63,905 nt of DNA, filler included, from Octopus bimaculoides (GCF_001194135.2; 6 parts of 6 records of this genome joined end to end with filler, not necessarily neighbours in it), one strand, 5' to 3'. Positions 38,176 to 51,659 are shown, numbered from the whole stretch's first letter. Numbers and translations: made by a program. Notes: generated from the sequence alone by a model not told the origin.

Positions 38176-38604
38176 CGTCATTTAAGTGACTGAGGGTACT
38201 AGTCAGTACAAGTGTTGCTTGAAACAGGAGTTCAAACAACTCACAGCCACAAGAAGCACTTATCTTAAAATTGACAAGGGAGGCAGGCTCCTTCAGCGCT
38301 TTGGCATGGTCAGTTCACATTGATTTCAACTTTATTAATGATGACAGTGATTCTGACCTAGCACCTTGGGTTAAATTCAACTCATCTTGTCGGTGTATAA
38401 CACTATCCTAGAAATCATACGCCGATTTCCTAAACAATAAAACAACTAATAGCCACAAGAAGCACTTATCTCAATGATTAACAAGGGAGGCAAGTTCCCT
38501 CAGCCACTAGGCATAGCCAGTTCACAGTGATTTCGCATTTTTATTAATAGTCGTTAGTGACTCTCACGTAGTGCTGACTAGGGTCCTCAGTCACTTTAGT
38601 GACG
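38176..38604. mobile_element. MITE with TA target-site duplication and internal direct repeats
   Basis: TA|CGTCATTTAAGTGACTGAGGGTACTAGTCAGTAC versus reverse complement of the right end TA|CGTCACTAAAGTGACTGAGGACCCTAGTCAGCAC; two about 100-nt internal copies starting AGCCACAAGAAGCACTTATCT. Confidence 0.8.
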
Positions 38605-38706
38605 TAAATATGTCTGTCTGTCTGTGTGTCGGTCTGTCTGACTGTCTGTCTGTATGTATGTATGTATGTATGTATGCCTGCATGTATGCAAATATGTCTG
38701 TATGTA

Positions 38707-38758
<52 letters not shown>

Positions 38759-39029
38759 CACATACGACGTACTTCTTGCAGTTTCCGTCTACCAAATCCA
38801 CTCACAAGGCTTTGACCGGCTCGAGTCTATAGTAGAGGACACTTTCGCAAGGTGCACCGCAGTGGAACTGAACCTGGAACCATGTGGTTGTAAAGTAAAC
38901 TTTATACATATATATATATATGTATATATNNNNNNNNNNNNNNNNNNNNNNNNNNNNNNNNNNNNNNNNNNNNTTAATTAATTAANNNNNNNNNNNNNNN
39001 NNNNNNNNNNNNNNNNNNNNNNNNNNNNN

Positions 39030-39061
<32 letters not shown>

Positions 39062-39931
39062 ATCATTTTAATGTCCACTTTTCTTTGCAAGCATGGGTTG
39101 GACAGAGTTTATTAAGGCAAGTTTTTTTTACGGCCAGGTGCCCTTCCTGCTACCAACCTTCACCTGTTTCCAAGCAATGTAATGCTTCTTCATGGCTGGA
39201 GGTGTTTTTGCAGCATATTGCAGCATATCTACAACTACCATGCAATGTCACGATAAGGAAACACAAGACACATGCACACGTGTGTGTGTGTGTGTTTACC
39301 ACTGGCATAACATTCCATGATGTTGTAAATGAGTATCGTTGTCATAGAAGTAATGTTGGTTGTTCTTTTCCAGTCTTCTGTGAAGAAAACCTATCTGGCC
39401 CACAGAAAAATATTACCTTGCTTGGAAACTGGTGAGGATTGGTGATAAGTGCATCTGGCCATAGAAAATCTGCGTCAACGAATTCCATCTGATCACCATC
39501 ATTATCATTAACATTTAACATCTGTTTTCCATGCTTTGACAGCTTGACAGGAACTGGGAAGGCTAAGGGCTGCACCAAGTTCCATAGTCTCTTTTGACTT
39601 GGTTCCTATAGCTGGATGCTCTTCCTAATGCCAACCACTTTATAGGGTGAACTGGGTGCTTTTTACATGGCACCAGCACCAGTTCTTTTTTACGTGGCGC
39701 TAGCATTTACACCAATGCTTTTTACATGGCACCTTGGTTTTAGGATCTTATTTCTGTTGTGTGGACATTAAATGATGTTGGTAATAATAATAATAATAAT
39801 GATGATGATGATGTTTGTATGTATGTATGTGCTCATTTGTTTAAAAAGGAAAATGCATAGTCTTATTTTAGGTGATAGTTAAATGTCAAATAGTTTACAA
39901 TTCACCATTTTAAGTTCTCAGGTCTAAATAT

Positions 39932-40088
39932 TGTTGTTGGCACTCCGTCGCTTACAACGTCGAGGGTTCCAGTTGATCCAATCAATGGAACAGCTTGCTC
40001 ATGAAATTAGCGTGCAAGTGGCTGAGCACTCCACAGACACATGTACCCTTAACGTAGTTCTCGGGGATATTCAGCGTGAAACAGTGTG
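39932..40088 (-). mobile_element. 3' end of tRNA-SINE (family of 58533-58892)
   Basis: Reverse complement of the 58760-58890 region, ending GGAGTGCCAACAACAA. Confidence 0.8.
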
Positions 40089-41070
40089 NNNNNNNNNNNN
40101 NNNNNNNNNNNNNNNNNNNNNNNNNNNNNNNNNNNNNNNNNNNNNNNNNNNNNNNNNNNNNNNNNNNNNNNNNNNNNNNNNNNNNNNNNNNNNNNNNNNN
40201 NNNNNNNNNNNNNNNNNNNNNNNNNNNNNNNNNNNNNNNNNNNNNNNNNNNNNNNNNNNNNNNNNNNNNNNNNNNNNNNNNNNNNNNNNNNNNNNNNNNN
40301 NNNNNNNNNNNNNNNNNNNNNNNNNNNNNNNNNNNNNNNNNNNNNNNNNNNNNNNNNNNNNNNNNNNNNNNNNNNNNNNNNNNNNNNNNNNNNNNNNNNN
40401 NNNNNNNNNNNNNNNNNNNNNNNNNNNNNNNNNNNNNNNNNNNNNNNNNNNNNNNNNNNNNNNNNNNNNNNNNNNNNNNNNNNNNNNNNNNNNNNNNNNN
40501 NNNNNNNNNNNNNNNNNNNNNNNNNNNNNNNNNNNNNNNNNNNNNNNNNNNNNNNNNNNNNNNNNNNNNNNNNNNNNNNNNNNNNNNNNNNNNNNNNNNN
40601 NNNNNNNNNNNNNNNNNNNNNNNNNNNNNNNNNNNNNNNNNNNNNNNNNNNNNNNNNNNNNNNNNNNNNNNNNNNNNNNNNNNNNNNNNNNNNNNNNNNN
40701 NNNNNNNNNNNNNNNNNNNNNNNNNNNNNNNNNNNNNNNNNNNNNNNNNNNNNNNNNNNNNNNNNNNNNNNNNNNNNNNNNNNNNNNNNNNNNNNNNNNN
40801 NNNNNNNNNNNNNNNNNNNNNNNNNNNNNNNNNNNNNNNNNNNNNNNNNNNNNNNNNNNNNNNNNNNNNNNNNNNNNNNNNNNNNNNNNNNNNNNNNNNN
40901 NNNNNNNNNNNNNNNNNNNNNNNNNNNNNNNNNNNNNNNNNNNNNNNNNNNNNNNNNNNNNNNNNNNNNNNNNNNNNNNNNNNNNNNNNNNNNNNNNNNN
41001 NNNNNNNNNNNNNNNNNNNNNNNNNNNNNNNNNNNNNNNNNNNNNNNNNNNNNNNNNNNNNNNNNNNNNN

Positions 41071-41939
41071 GCATGGCACCTTGGGCAAGTGTCTTCTACT
41101 ATAACCTCGGGCCGATCAAAGCCTTGTGAGTGAATTTGATAGACGGAAACTGAAAGAAGCCCGTTGTATATATGTATATATATATGTATGTGTGTTTGTG
41201 TGTCTGTGTGTTCGTGTGTCTGTGTGTCTGTGTTTGTCCCCCCACCATCGCTTGACAACTGATGCTGGTGTGTTTACGTCCCCGTAACTTAGCGGTTCGG
41301 CAAAAGAGACCGATTGAATAAGTACTAGGCTTACAAAGAATAAGTCCTGGGGTCGATTTGCTCAACTAAAGGCGGTGCTCCAGCATGGCCGCAGTCAAAT
41401 GACTGAAACAAGCAAAAGAGTAATTATCCCAGGAAAAATTAAGAGATAAAAAAACGGGAGTTGCTGTGTGGTAAGGAGCTTACTTCCCAGCTACATGGTT
41501 CTGGGTTCAGTCCCACTGCGTGGCACTTTGGTCAAGTGTCTTCTACTATAACCTCTGGCTGACTAAAGCCTTGTGAATGGATTTGGTAGACGGAAACTGA
41601 AAGTAGCCTGACGTATATGTGTGTGTGTCTTTGTGTAAGTATTTGTCCTCCACTACTGCTTGAAAACCAGTGTTGAAGTGTTTACATTCCTGTAACTTAG
41701 CGGTTCAGCAGAAGAAATCAATAGAATAAACATCAGGCTTACTCTTTTACTTGTTTCAGTCATTTGACTGTGACCATGCTGGAGCACCACCTTTTATTAG
41801 TCGAGCTAATCAACCCCAGGACTTATTCTCTGGAAGCCTAGTACTTATTCTATCGGTCTCTTTAGCCGAACCGCTAAGTTACGGGGATGTAAACACACCA
41901 GCATCGGTTGGGGGGACAAACACAGACACACAAACATAT

Positions 41940-41992
<53 letters not shown>

Positions 41993-42010
41993 TACATATA
42001 TACGACGGGC
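41071..42010. mobile_element. Cluster of three major-family SINEs (+ 41071-41420, + 41455-41740, - 41745-42010)
   Basis: Shared body sequence, third copy inverted. Confidence 0.85.
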
Positions 42011-43436
42011 NNNNNNNNNNNNNNNNNNNNNNNNNNNNNNNNNNNNNNNNNNNNNNNNNNNNNNNNNNNNNNNNNNNNNNNNNNNNNNNNNNNNNNNNNN
42101 NNNNNNNNNNNNNNNNNNNNNNNNNNNNNNNNNNNNNNNNNNNNNNNNNNNNNNNNNNNNNNNNNNNNNNNNNNNNNNNNNNNNNNNNNNNNNNNNNNNN
42201 NNNNNNNNNNNNNNNNNNNNNNNNNNNNNNNNNNNNNNNNNNNNNNNNNNNNNNNNNNNNNNNNNNNNNNNNGTAGATATTGTATGATGTAGGTAGGTGT
42301 TCTTATATATAATTACTTATATCTTATTGGAGGTTCAGATGTGGCTGTGTGGTTGAGAAGTTTGCTTTGCAGCCATATGAATTTAGGTTCAGTCCCGCTT
42401 CCGTGACAGTATGGGCAAATGTCTTCTACTCTAGCCTCTGGTTGACCAACATCTGAAGAGTGGATTTGGTGGACAGAAACTAAAAAAAAGCCCCCATATC
42501 ACACACACACACACGCACGCACGCACACACGCACGCACGCACACACACACACACACACACACCATCATCATCATCATCATCATCATCATAATACATCTGT
42601 TTTCCATGCTGGCATGGGTTGGACGGGAATTATTTCTCTTATTTATTATTATTCTCATTTTTTTCTCCCGTAGTTGATTCTGTATGAGCCCTACCACTTT
42701 TTTCTTTTGCAATTTTTCCTTGTAGGACTCCCTTCATTCATGGTTGTATTGTTAGAGTGCTGGATAAAATGCTAAAATGCTTAGTAATATTTGTTCTGGT
42801 GCAGATCCCAGTGTAGTTAACTTTGCCTTTCATCCGTTTTGGGACTGATAAAATAAAATGCTAGCCTAGTACTGAGGTCAGTGGTATCATCTAACCCTCT
42901 TCTCTTCAAATTTGCTGACCTTACACTTAAATTAGAAATAATAATAATTATTCAAGTATTGGGGTCAACGTAATTGACCAGCCTTTCATCCTTCTGGGGT
43001 TGATAAAGTAAAATACCTGTCAAGTACTTGGGTTGCTTTATAATCAACTACCCTCATTTTCTTGAATTTCTGATGTTGTGCCTATATTTCATTTGATGTT
43101 CAATTCCAGTGAGGTCACATTTGCCTTTCAACATTTTGGGGCCAATAAAATAAAGGACCAGTCATGCTTTGAGATTGATTTAATCAGATGTATGCTTTCT
43201 AAAAAAAAAAAAATTTTTAAAAAAAGCAAACTTTTGTATGTTTTTATTATAGGATAATTGAAAACAATGAGTTGATAGAATACCAGGCAAAAGACATTAA
43301 ATTTTGACTTCAAATCCTGTTTATTGCTCCCCATCTTCTTTATCAAAAATTAAAATGTTTTTAATGGCTGATCAACATTTTGATATTTAAGGTTGATTGA
43401 ATGTTAATTGTTATATTATTTATGTTTATTGTGCAG

Positions 43437-44791
43437 ATACCTGAGGCAAGATTTTCTGTACCTGAAGTATCTTTGATATTTAATGATACAAGTCAAGCTT
43501 CACTTCAACGAAAATGTCATGATAACTCTTCTCATCCAGTGCCAAATAAAATTACACCACCATCACCATCACCATCTAATTACAGCTCTCCTGTTTGTAC
43601 ACAAGGCTTACCATCGTTGCCAATGAGGAATTCATATCCGAGTTCAAAGGCTGGCAATGCCATATATTCTGCTTCTTTAGCACCAACACAATTCTGCCAG
43701 CAACCCAGCAAACCATTGATGTACTCAGGTGTGCCCATTAATCAAAACATTACGACAGATGGTAACATGTATACAAATCACCCTACGTTGCAACCCTTAC
43801 CCAACAGAAACCCATTACCAGTTTCTGAGTATAATAGATCTGTCTACCCTTCCCCTATACCCTTTCCAAACAAAGAGATTATGCAGGGATCGAACTCAGA
43901 GCAGCATCCTCATTTCCAGTATTACCCTCAAAATAATCTAATTCCACTTCCAAACTCATATACTCATCATCCGAAGCCAGTAATGGACAGCATGCCCAAT
44001 ACCTCTCCATATGGACCTTTCCCTTCCCAACCGAACTTTATGAAGCCATCTCCTTGCTTCACATCCCCTGTAATGTGTGAAAGGTACCATATGGTTAACT
44101 CTCATCCCATGCCACCCCATTCGTCAATGTCAACATATCCACGGACTGCTATTGATAAGCTACCTGCTTTGCCCTCATGCCCTTGTTGTGTTGTTCAACC
44201 AAACCCTTCATACCATCACACAAGTACACCGACCATTCCCCCTGCAAACCAAGCTCCAGTTGTCAATGTCTGTCAGGGACACGAAAAAAACATAAACTGT
44301 ATTGCTACTCATATTCAGTGCCATGACAAACACGACCAAGAAATCACTGTTGAAAAACTGCAACAGACTAAACTGAACGCAATTAATAGTTCCAACAGTT
44401 CTTACAGCAATACACCACCAAATAACTCATGCAACTCTGTAAAAGAGAACACAGGTGCTAGGCAACACGAAAATAGTGTAATAGAAGTATCAGAAGATCA
44501 GAACTTCAGAGCGAGTAAAGACAGTGGTCTCAGCGAAAGTCCTGATTCTTCTCAGGAAACTGATCCACAGTTATCAAAAATTCAAAGAGAAAGTATTCCT
44601 CCAGAGATATATCGGTTACTAATGCAACAAAGTGCTGAGCTGCAAGAACTTAAAGCTCAAATTCAGCAGATGAAAATTGATCAAAACTCAGCGATGGCTT
44701 TCAATCAGTCCCTCAATCCATGTTCTACTTGTTCATCTGTTGTCTCGGCAAAGAGTGAGTCTTCAGAATCAAAAGCATCTTCAGAAAAAAG
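43437..44791 (+). CDS. STIL: STIL (SCL/TAL1 interrupting locus, centriolar assembly protein), large internal exon
   Basis: GTGCAG acceptor, AG|GT donor, phase 0 to 2; FSVPEVSLIF (cf. vertebrate SVPELSL), Pro/Gln/His-rich linker, coiled coil EIYRLLMQQSAELQELKAQIQQM matching the PLK4-binding helix. Confidence 0.82.
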
Positions 44792-46514
44792 GTTTTTATA
44801 TATTATTTTTTTCATATGGATTTTATAGTTTTTTTCTTCATATTTATCTTAAAATTCTTATACCATATATCAGGTGTAGGCATGGCTGTGTGGTAAGAAG
44901 CTTGCTTCCAGGTTGGGTGCCACCTTGGGCAAGTGTCTTCTACTATGGCCTCAGGATGACCAAAGCCTTGTGAGTGGANNNNNNNNNNTTCTTATACCAT
45001 ATATCAGGTGTAGGCATGGCTGTGTGGTAAGAAGCTTGCTTCCAGGTTGGGTGCCACCTTGGGCAAGTGTCTTCTACTATGGCCTCAGGATGACCAAAGC
45101 CTTGTGAGTGGATTTGGTAAGACGGAAACTGAAAGAAGCTCATTGTGTATGTATATATATATATATATATATATCTGTGGCGACTCTGACACTCAGGCTG
45201 TTCTGGCTTAGCCCAAGTATAAATTTAGTAAAGTGAATGTGTATTTGGAAGCTGATTTAATTTCTACCAACATTGACTTCAGGTATGTTATTGCAGCCAA
45301 TAATTCAGGCTCCTTTTATTGAGCCTGGCCGCAGTTAATTTATTTCCGTTCATTGTCTGGCAGTGTCTTAGAAGTGCTCCAAAAATATCATTCGTAGCAG
45401 GCATTGTCTCGATATTGTTCACACGTGCCTGACTCAGGTTCAGAAGTTACAGCCCGAGTTGTTATCTGTAATTGAAAAAATTAAAAGTAATTCAAATACA
45501 ATGTTTTTCTTGAAACAATAAATTTCTATAGGGATTAGGATTCAAATTTCAATCTAAGAAAAGTTTCCATTCTACAACATTCTTAAAGGAACAAAAATTT
45601 ATCCAGCAACTTGGGCTATTATGAACGAGCCTAGTAGGTGTAAAAAAAACTAACTGGCATCTCTTGTCAAGAGTATAGGTGACAGTCTGTACTCTTGACA
45701 AGAGATGCCATTTAGTTTTTTTTACACCTGATCGCTGATGTTTGTTGTGCACTCTGCTGTCATTATTTGATTGCTGTTATTCTGTGCATCTGTGTGTGAA
45801 GAACAATTGTGTTTTACAAGGTTGCTTTATTCTAACCTTTAACTTAGAAATGGAGAAAGACATAGTGCTAGATATAAAAAAAATAAGCTATTCGGGGCTA
45901 GAAATAAAGCGGCAAAATGTTAAATTCTTCAATTTGTGTCTCTGCATAATCTGGGCAACTGGGGTGTATTTAATGTGAAAAAAAAAAAAAAAGGTATGCA
46001 AAAATTGGCTGACATAGAATAAGGACTGCTTATGTAATAGCTGTGCAAGAGTAATTGACAGTAAGAAACACTCAAGAACTGCTTCCTGGTAGAGAGGTAG
46101 TTGATAACTTTAGTTACTTAGGTGACCTAATTAGCAATGGAAAGAACACTAGTAAAGAAAGAGCATGATAGAAAAAAGTTTTGGAAATTACTTCTCTCTT
46201 CAGCTGAAGAGCAGATTGTAATGATGCCTCCCTATAAAATGTGGTTTTGCAAGGCAGCAGTTATATGAATGTTGAAAGTGGAAGGTACATGAAGGCTTGA
46301 CAGAAATCAAGCAAGCATGTCAATATTTATGGAAGACACTGTGCTGGATAATATCTATATAAACCATGCCAATCGAGAAAAGTAGACACAAAAATGATGA
46401 TTAAGACAATATCTGTATATTGTTACTTGTCTCACTCATTGAACTGTGGCCATGCTGGGGCACTGCCTTGAAGGGTTTAGGCAAACATATCAACCCCAGT
46501 ACTTATTTTTAATA

Positions 46515-46706
46515 CTAGCGGCATGTAAAAAGCACCCACTACACTTTCGGAGTGGTTGGCGTTAGGAAGGGCATCCAGCTGTAGAAACATTGCCAGATTG
46601 GATTGGAGCCTGGTGCAGCCTTCTGGCTTGCCAGCCCTCAGTCAAACTGTCCATCCCATGCCAGCATGGAAAACGGATGTTAAACGATGATGATGATGAT
46701 GATGAT
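46515..46706 (+). mobile_element. RTE 3'-tail repeat in STIL intron (inverted partners at 47855-48050 and 49265-49378)
   Basis: AAAAAGCACCCACTACACT.TCGGAGTGGTTGGCGTTAGGAAGGGCATCC...(GAT)n. Confidence 0.8.
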
Positions 46707-47207
46707 GTAGTTATTCTTTCAGTCTCTTTTTCCAAAACCACTAAGTTACTAAGTAACATAAACAAATCAACACCCGTTGTCAAGCTGTAGGGGGATACAC
46801 ACACACACACACACACAATGGGCTTCCTCATACTTTCTGTCTCCCAAATTCACTCAAGGCTATAGAAGATGCTTGCTGAAGGTGTCATGCAGTGGGACTG
46901 AACTTGAGACCACATGGTTAGAAAGCAAACTTTTTAACCACACAGCAACGCCTGTCAAAGCAAATATTTTTATTATTTAGTACTCTTCTTAGTGCCAACC
47001 ACCCACTGAGGCAGGAGTGGTGTTTTTGTTAGCTAAACAAACTGAAGTAATTAGAATAATATGTCTTAATATCTGTAGTTAAGTATTAATCTCGTGATCA
47101 AGAGACTAATGGTTCAGTATGTTAAACCTTACAAAACATTGTTAAAATTTATTTCAGATATTAAAAAAAAATGTTATCTCCTTTGTATTGTTGTTATTCT
47201 CATTCAG

Positions 47208-47402
47208 TGTCGAAAGGTACTCTGTTGGTGTAAACACATCATTCCAGACATCAGCGTCACCTGAAACAACACCAAACAATTTAATTAATCTTCAGTCATC
47301 TCCAAAATCTCCACTGAAGACCAAAGCTGATAATTTTCCTCCTGTTTCTGCTCCAACTGCTTCAAAAATGGGACCAACTTCATCTGTTTCAAGTCAGACT
47401 TG
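47208..47402 (+). CDS. STIL: STIL internal exon
   Basis: CTCATTCAG acceptor, TG|GTAGGA donor, 195 nt, phase 2 to 2: VERYSVGVNTSF...SSQT(W). Confidence 0.78.
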
Positions 47403-48367
47403 GTAGGAATTGATATTTTCTAACATCTAAAGGCTTTGCCTAACATAACATACTGTACTCCCACCAAAGGGCAGTATGTTAAGTCACTATCATCTTATTT
47501 CTCTTTCCAGTTCCAAATAGATTACTTCCACTATAACATGAGCAGTCCTAACCCTAACCCTCCCACTGCAAGAAACCTGTTCTGTCTCATTTCTTTATAC
47601 TCTAACCTTTCATCATCTAGCATAAAGCTGTCTCTCTCTTTACTGTAGCCCCATTCAGCTGATTGGGATCTTAGTCTTGTGAGCTACATAGAAACTTTAT
47701 TTGTGCTGGTGCCATGAAAAAAAAAAAGTACTCGGTGCACTTTGTAAAGTGGTTGTCTTTAGGAAGAGCATCCAGCCATTGAAACCCTGCTAAAGCAGCA
47801 TAATGCAGTTCTCTGTCCTATCGGACCTTGTCATACCTTCCAACCCATTCCAGAATCATCATCATCATCATCATCGTTTAACGTCCGTTTTCCATGCTAG
47901 CATGGGTTGGACGATTTGACTGAGGACTGGCAAGCCAGAAGGCTGCACCAGGCTCCAATCTGATCTGGCAGAGTTTCTACAGCTGGATGCCCGTCCTAAC
48001 GCCAACCACTCCGAGAGTGTAGTGGGTGCTTTTACGTGCCACCGGCACGAGGGTCAGTCACACGATGGATATTAAAAGATGGTGATCATGATGTTGAAGT
48101 TATAGGTTAGATTCATTCTACAATTCATGTATTAAACAAAACATTGGGAAAGCAGTTTTAAAGCAGTTTTCCATGGGATATTATTATAATGAGCTGTTTA
48201 TTCATCCACAGCTATTTTGATGGACTGTATTTGTCAGTTTTTCTGGGTAGCCTAGCAACTTTGACTTCCTATTGAAGTATGTGTATGTAAGACACACACA
48301 GAAGTATCATAAAATTGTGTTTAACAGGATCTGTATGTTGTAATATTTTTGATGTTTCATTTTTCAG

Positions 48368-48538
48368 GCCTCCACATCATGAAACTGATGGCTCCTACAC
48401 TTTGGCCACGACAGAATTTTCCCATGGGGAGGATTTCTCTGCTGTTGCTCAGTGCCTCTCTGTTAACCAGAAGTCTGTAGAGAGCTTCCATTCTGATTTA
48501 GTTTTGGACCTACCCAGCTATCAGACATCCTTATCCAG
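48368..48538 (+). CDS. STIL: STIL internal exon
   Basis: TTTTTCAG acceptor, AG|GTACAG donor, 171 nt, phase 2 to 2: PPHHETDG...ESFHSDLVLDLPSYQTSLS(R). Confidence 0.75.
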
Positions 48539-49234
48539 GTACAGTGTACTTATGTAGTTTCTTTGTTTTTCAATAATCTCCAACCTTAGAACTTTTGCTC
48601 CACTACATGCTTAGCATTGGTGTACAAAGATAAAAGGCAGAGTAGACTCTGGCATTTGATTTAGACTTAAAACATACAAAATTAAAAGCTGTTAGGAATC
48701 TGGTGCAATGCTCTGCAATTTGTATATCTCTTCCTCTTAAGACAAAATTACTAATTTTTTAATACTGTGTCTTGAAGAAGAAAAGGTCAACTGAGTTTCT
48801 TTCACTATTTTACAGCCCTTTTTCTGTACTTGTATTATTGGAGGGTCTCCTAAAAAGTTTGATATTTGCATAATGGTAAACGGATTAGACTTAGCTTTTG
48901 TATGGAATAATTCCACCCATGCTAGAGATGTTACAAACATTATAGTGTAAGCATGCACATTGATTTGGCCTTGCTCTAACCCCTACTGATGGAAGTGAGA
49001 CACAATACATGCAACTGAATTCATAGTGAACCCAGACATCATACAGTTTTACATCTGATTGCCTCGTGTGTCTTTTCTTGAATTCTAACTTGAAGACAAT
49101 GTCTGCAGATATTCCACTATTTTGGATTTGAGACTTATCTTAATGTTAAATAATTCAGCTGCTAATAACTGTCTTATCTCTTATCAACTAAAGAAAAGTG
49201 ACATCATAAATTAGCTAATTTTTTAATGTTTTAA

Positions 49235-49566
49235 CCCTTTAACATTCAAATTATTCTCGCAAATCATCATCATCATCATCGTTTAATGTCCGCTTTCCAT
49301 GCTAGCATGGGTTGGACGATTTGACTGAGGACTGGTGAAACCGGATGGCAACACCAGGCTCCAATCTGATTTGGCAGATGTAACACTTATTTATTCACAC
49401 GTTTTCGAATTTATCTTGCATTATCTTGTAGAGTTGAGATTTCGATTATGTGACTATGTTTTAGACTAACGTTGTAGGGTAGGTGTGAGAGGCTGGATCT
49501 GGCCAGTTTGAATAAAAAACAGGAAGAATATTTTGGCAGGATGTGGCCAGTTTAAATGCTAAAGCG
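49235..49566. mobile_element. TTAA-type MITE interrupted by an RTE-tail insertion (49265-49378)
   Basis: Left TTAA|CCCTTTAACATTCAAA, right TTTAAATGCTAAAGCGATAA; body matches 17785-17936 inverted. Confidence 0.6.
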
Positions 49567-49755
49567 ATAAATATAATTCAATTAAAAACAAAACTTGTGA
49601 TAGGTAAGGCATTAATAACTTCTGTAAATAAATGTACTAATTAAAATATACTTTTCCTGTATGTATTTTGTTAATATATGTATATGATATGCTTAAACAC
49701 GCATCATTAATTTGGATATCTTTTTAAAGGATTGTGTTTAATTATTGCATTTCAG

Positions 49756-49846
49756 ATCTTCAGACCATCAAGCCATCGAAGGAGTACAAACTTCTGAATC
49801 TACCAACGGTTTAGTGAGTGTCAGCATGTGTGCCAAAAGAACTTCT
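49756..49846 (+). CDS. STIL: STIL internal exon
   Basis: ATTTCAG acceptor, TCT|GTAAGT donor, 91 nt, phase 2 to 0: SSDHQAIEGVQTSESTNGLVSVSMCAKRTS. Confidence 0.75.
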
Positions 49847-50453
49847 GTAAGTTTTGGTAACATCTTAATCAGTGTTGAAATACTTAACTAAGAGAAATAC
49901 ATTTGTCATAATTAAATAATAAATAAATGCGCCCTTTTAAAGCCTAGCCAGGCTCATGGGCCTGGTTTCCCGGTTTCTATGGCGTATGTGTCCCCCCCCC
50001 AGCTGGACAGGACGCCAGTCCATCGCAGCATTACTCATCATCATTTTATGTTTGTTTTCCTTCCTGGCATCTTCCAGTTCAGCATCCTTACTTATACCAC
50101 CTGATACATATACCAACAAAGGAAACTACTGATCTTCGCTGTTGTTATTTTTGTGGTTGTTGTGTATGTCATAATTTTTGGTGGTAACTGTAATTTATTC
50201 AAGTCTCTGTGATAACTGGCAAATATATATTTCGTAATGCCTAGCTTAACTTGTTAACAGCAGGATTTTCTTTCCCCCTCTCCTCTCTCTTTTTTTAAGA
50301 TGTAGGTTGTAAAAAAGAAATGAAAAAATACTTTTTGTGGTTTTAGGAGAGTTGCTATCATCATTTTACTGTGGAAAAGTAACGACATTTTGGTCATGTA
50401 TCATTAATATCAATATGTGTATATACACTAATTCTTATTGTCATATTTCTTAG

Positions 50454-50540
50454 AATGGAGGAGATGAAGATTTTGAAGAAGATCATGCAGAAGAGATACC
50501 AGGAACAATAAAGAATAAAGAATATTATGATGGTCTTATT
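50454..50540 (+). CDS. STIL: STIL internal exon
   Basis: TTTCTTAG acceptor, ATT|GTAAGT donor, 87 nt, phase 0 to 0: NGGDEDFEEDHAEEIPGTIKNKEYYDGLI. Confidence 0.78.
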
Positions 50541-51659
50541 GTAAGTTTGGGATTCCTTTTTGTTTTTTCACTGTAAATGAATAAATCTGGTATCTAATTA
50601 CAGACTGAAAGGCCTTAAATTCAGTTGTATCATAGACATTTTGCCATGTATATGGGTTGTACACTTAATTCTATCTCTCCATTCATCTCTGCCCACTATT
50701 CCTTGGAGGGTCATGGGGGTAGAGTTCTCAGGCACCTCCTCAATAGGGTCCTATCAGAAGAAACTGTCATTAGTCTTTCCGGATGAATTCTTAAGTGTGA
50801 CCAACTTAGGACTATGGATATTATTCAACCATCTTGTTCTTGGTCTACCCTTGGATCTCCTGCCAGTTGGCTTGGCTAAAAAAAACTGTCCTGAAATTGT
50901 TTTCTGTGTCATTCAAATCACAGCACTGAAGTTGTGCAGAGAAGTAGTGTCTTGACCTGGCGAGACTGCCTGAGCACTGAGCTACACATCCTATTGAATA
51001 ACGTTACTCCAGAAAGCCTCTGGGGAAACCCCATTTCAATCTACTTGTATTCATGATTGTACTCTTCAATCACTTAATTCTGCTTTGTCTCAAATCATGT
51101 AGCCTGCAGAAATATGTACCTGATCATTTGGGAATGTTAGCTGAAAAAGCCTGTTCTATTGAATCCAGTGGGAGATTTATCTGTTATTTACTTAACACCA
51201 GAAAGCTTGACTTTTGAAGCTGTTTGGGATTTAGATGCCATCACCATATTTACATGACTTTCAGAATGTGTGTCATTGACTCAATTAAAAAGTACTGGTC
51301 TCTTTGGACAAAATTTTTGTAATAGCCAAGGGTCATCTCAGCAATACCAAAGAATAACCAAATACAACCAACCATCACACACACACATGCTTACACACAC
51401 CGGAATACACATACAAAAGTACTAGGAATTACCTAAAACATCCACTCTCATGGCTCGATCTACATAATACCTAGACATGAGTTCAAACCATGTTGGCTCT
51501 GGAAATGGCATTAAACTCTTTGTATTAGTCTGCTTAGCTGACAATATAGTTGATCGGTTAATGCTAGAAACATTGTAGAAACAACTACTGCCATGTCATA
51601 ATATGCTAGAAGGAATTTTTAAATATTATATTTAGTCTTAGGAACGTAATTTCCATATA

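Noticed and set aside
2379-42287. Long ORFs in the track dominated by X
   Set aside because: They are frames running through N gaps, not coding sequence.
44851-45120. Exact about 125-nt tandem duplication
   Set aside because: The copies sit either side of a 10-N gap, so overlapping contig ends are the likely cause.
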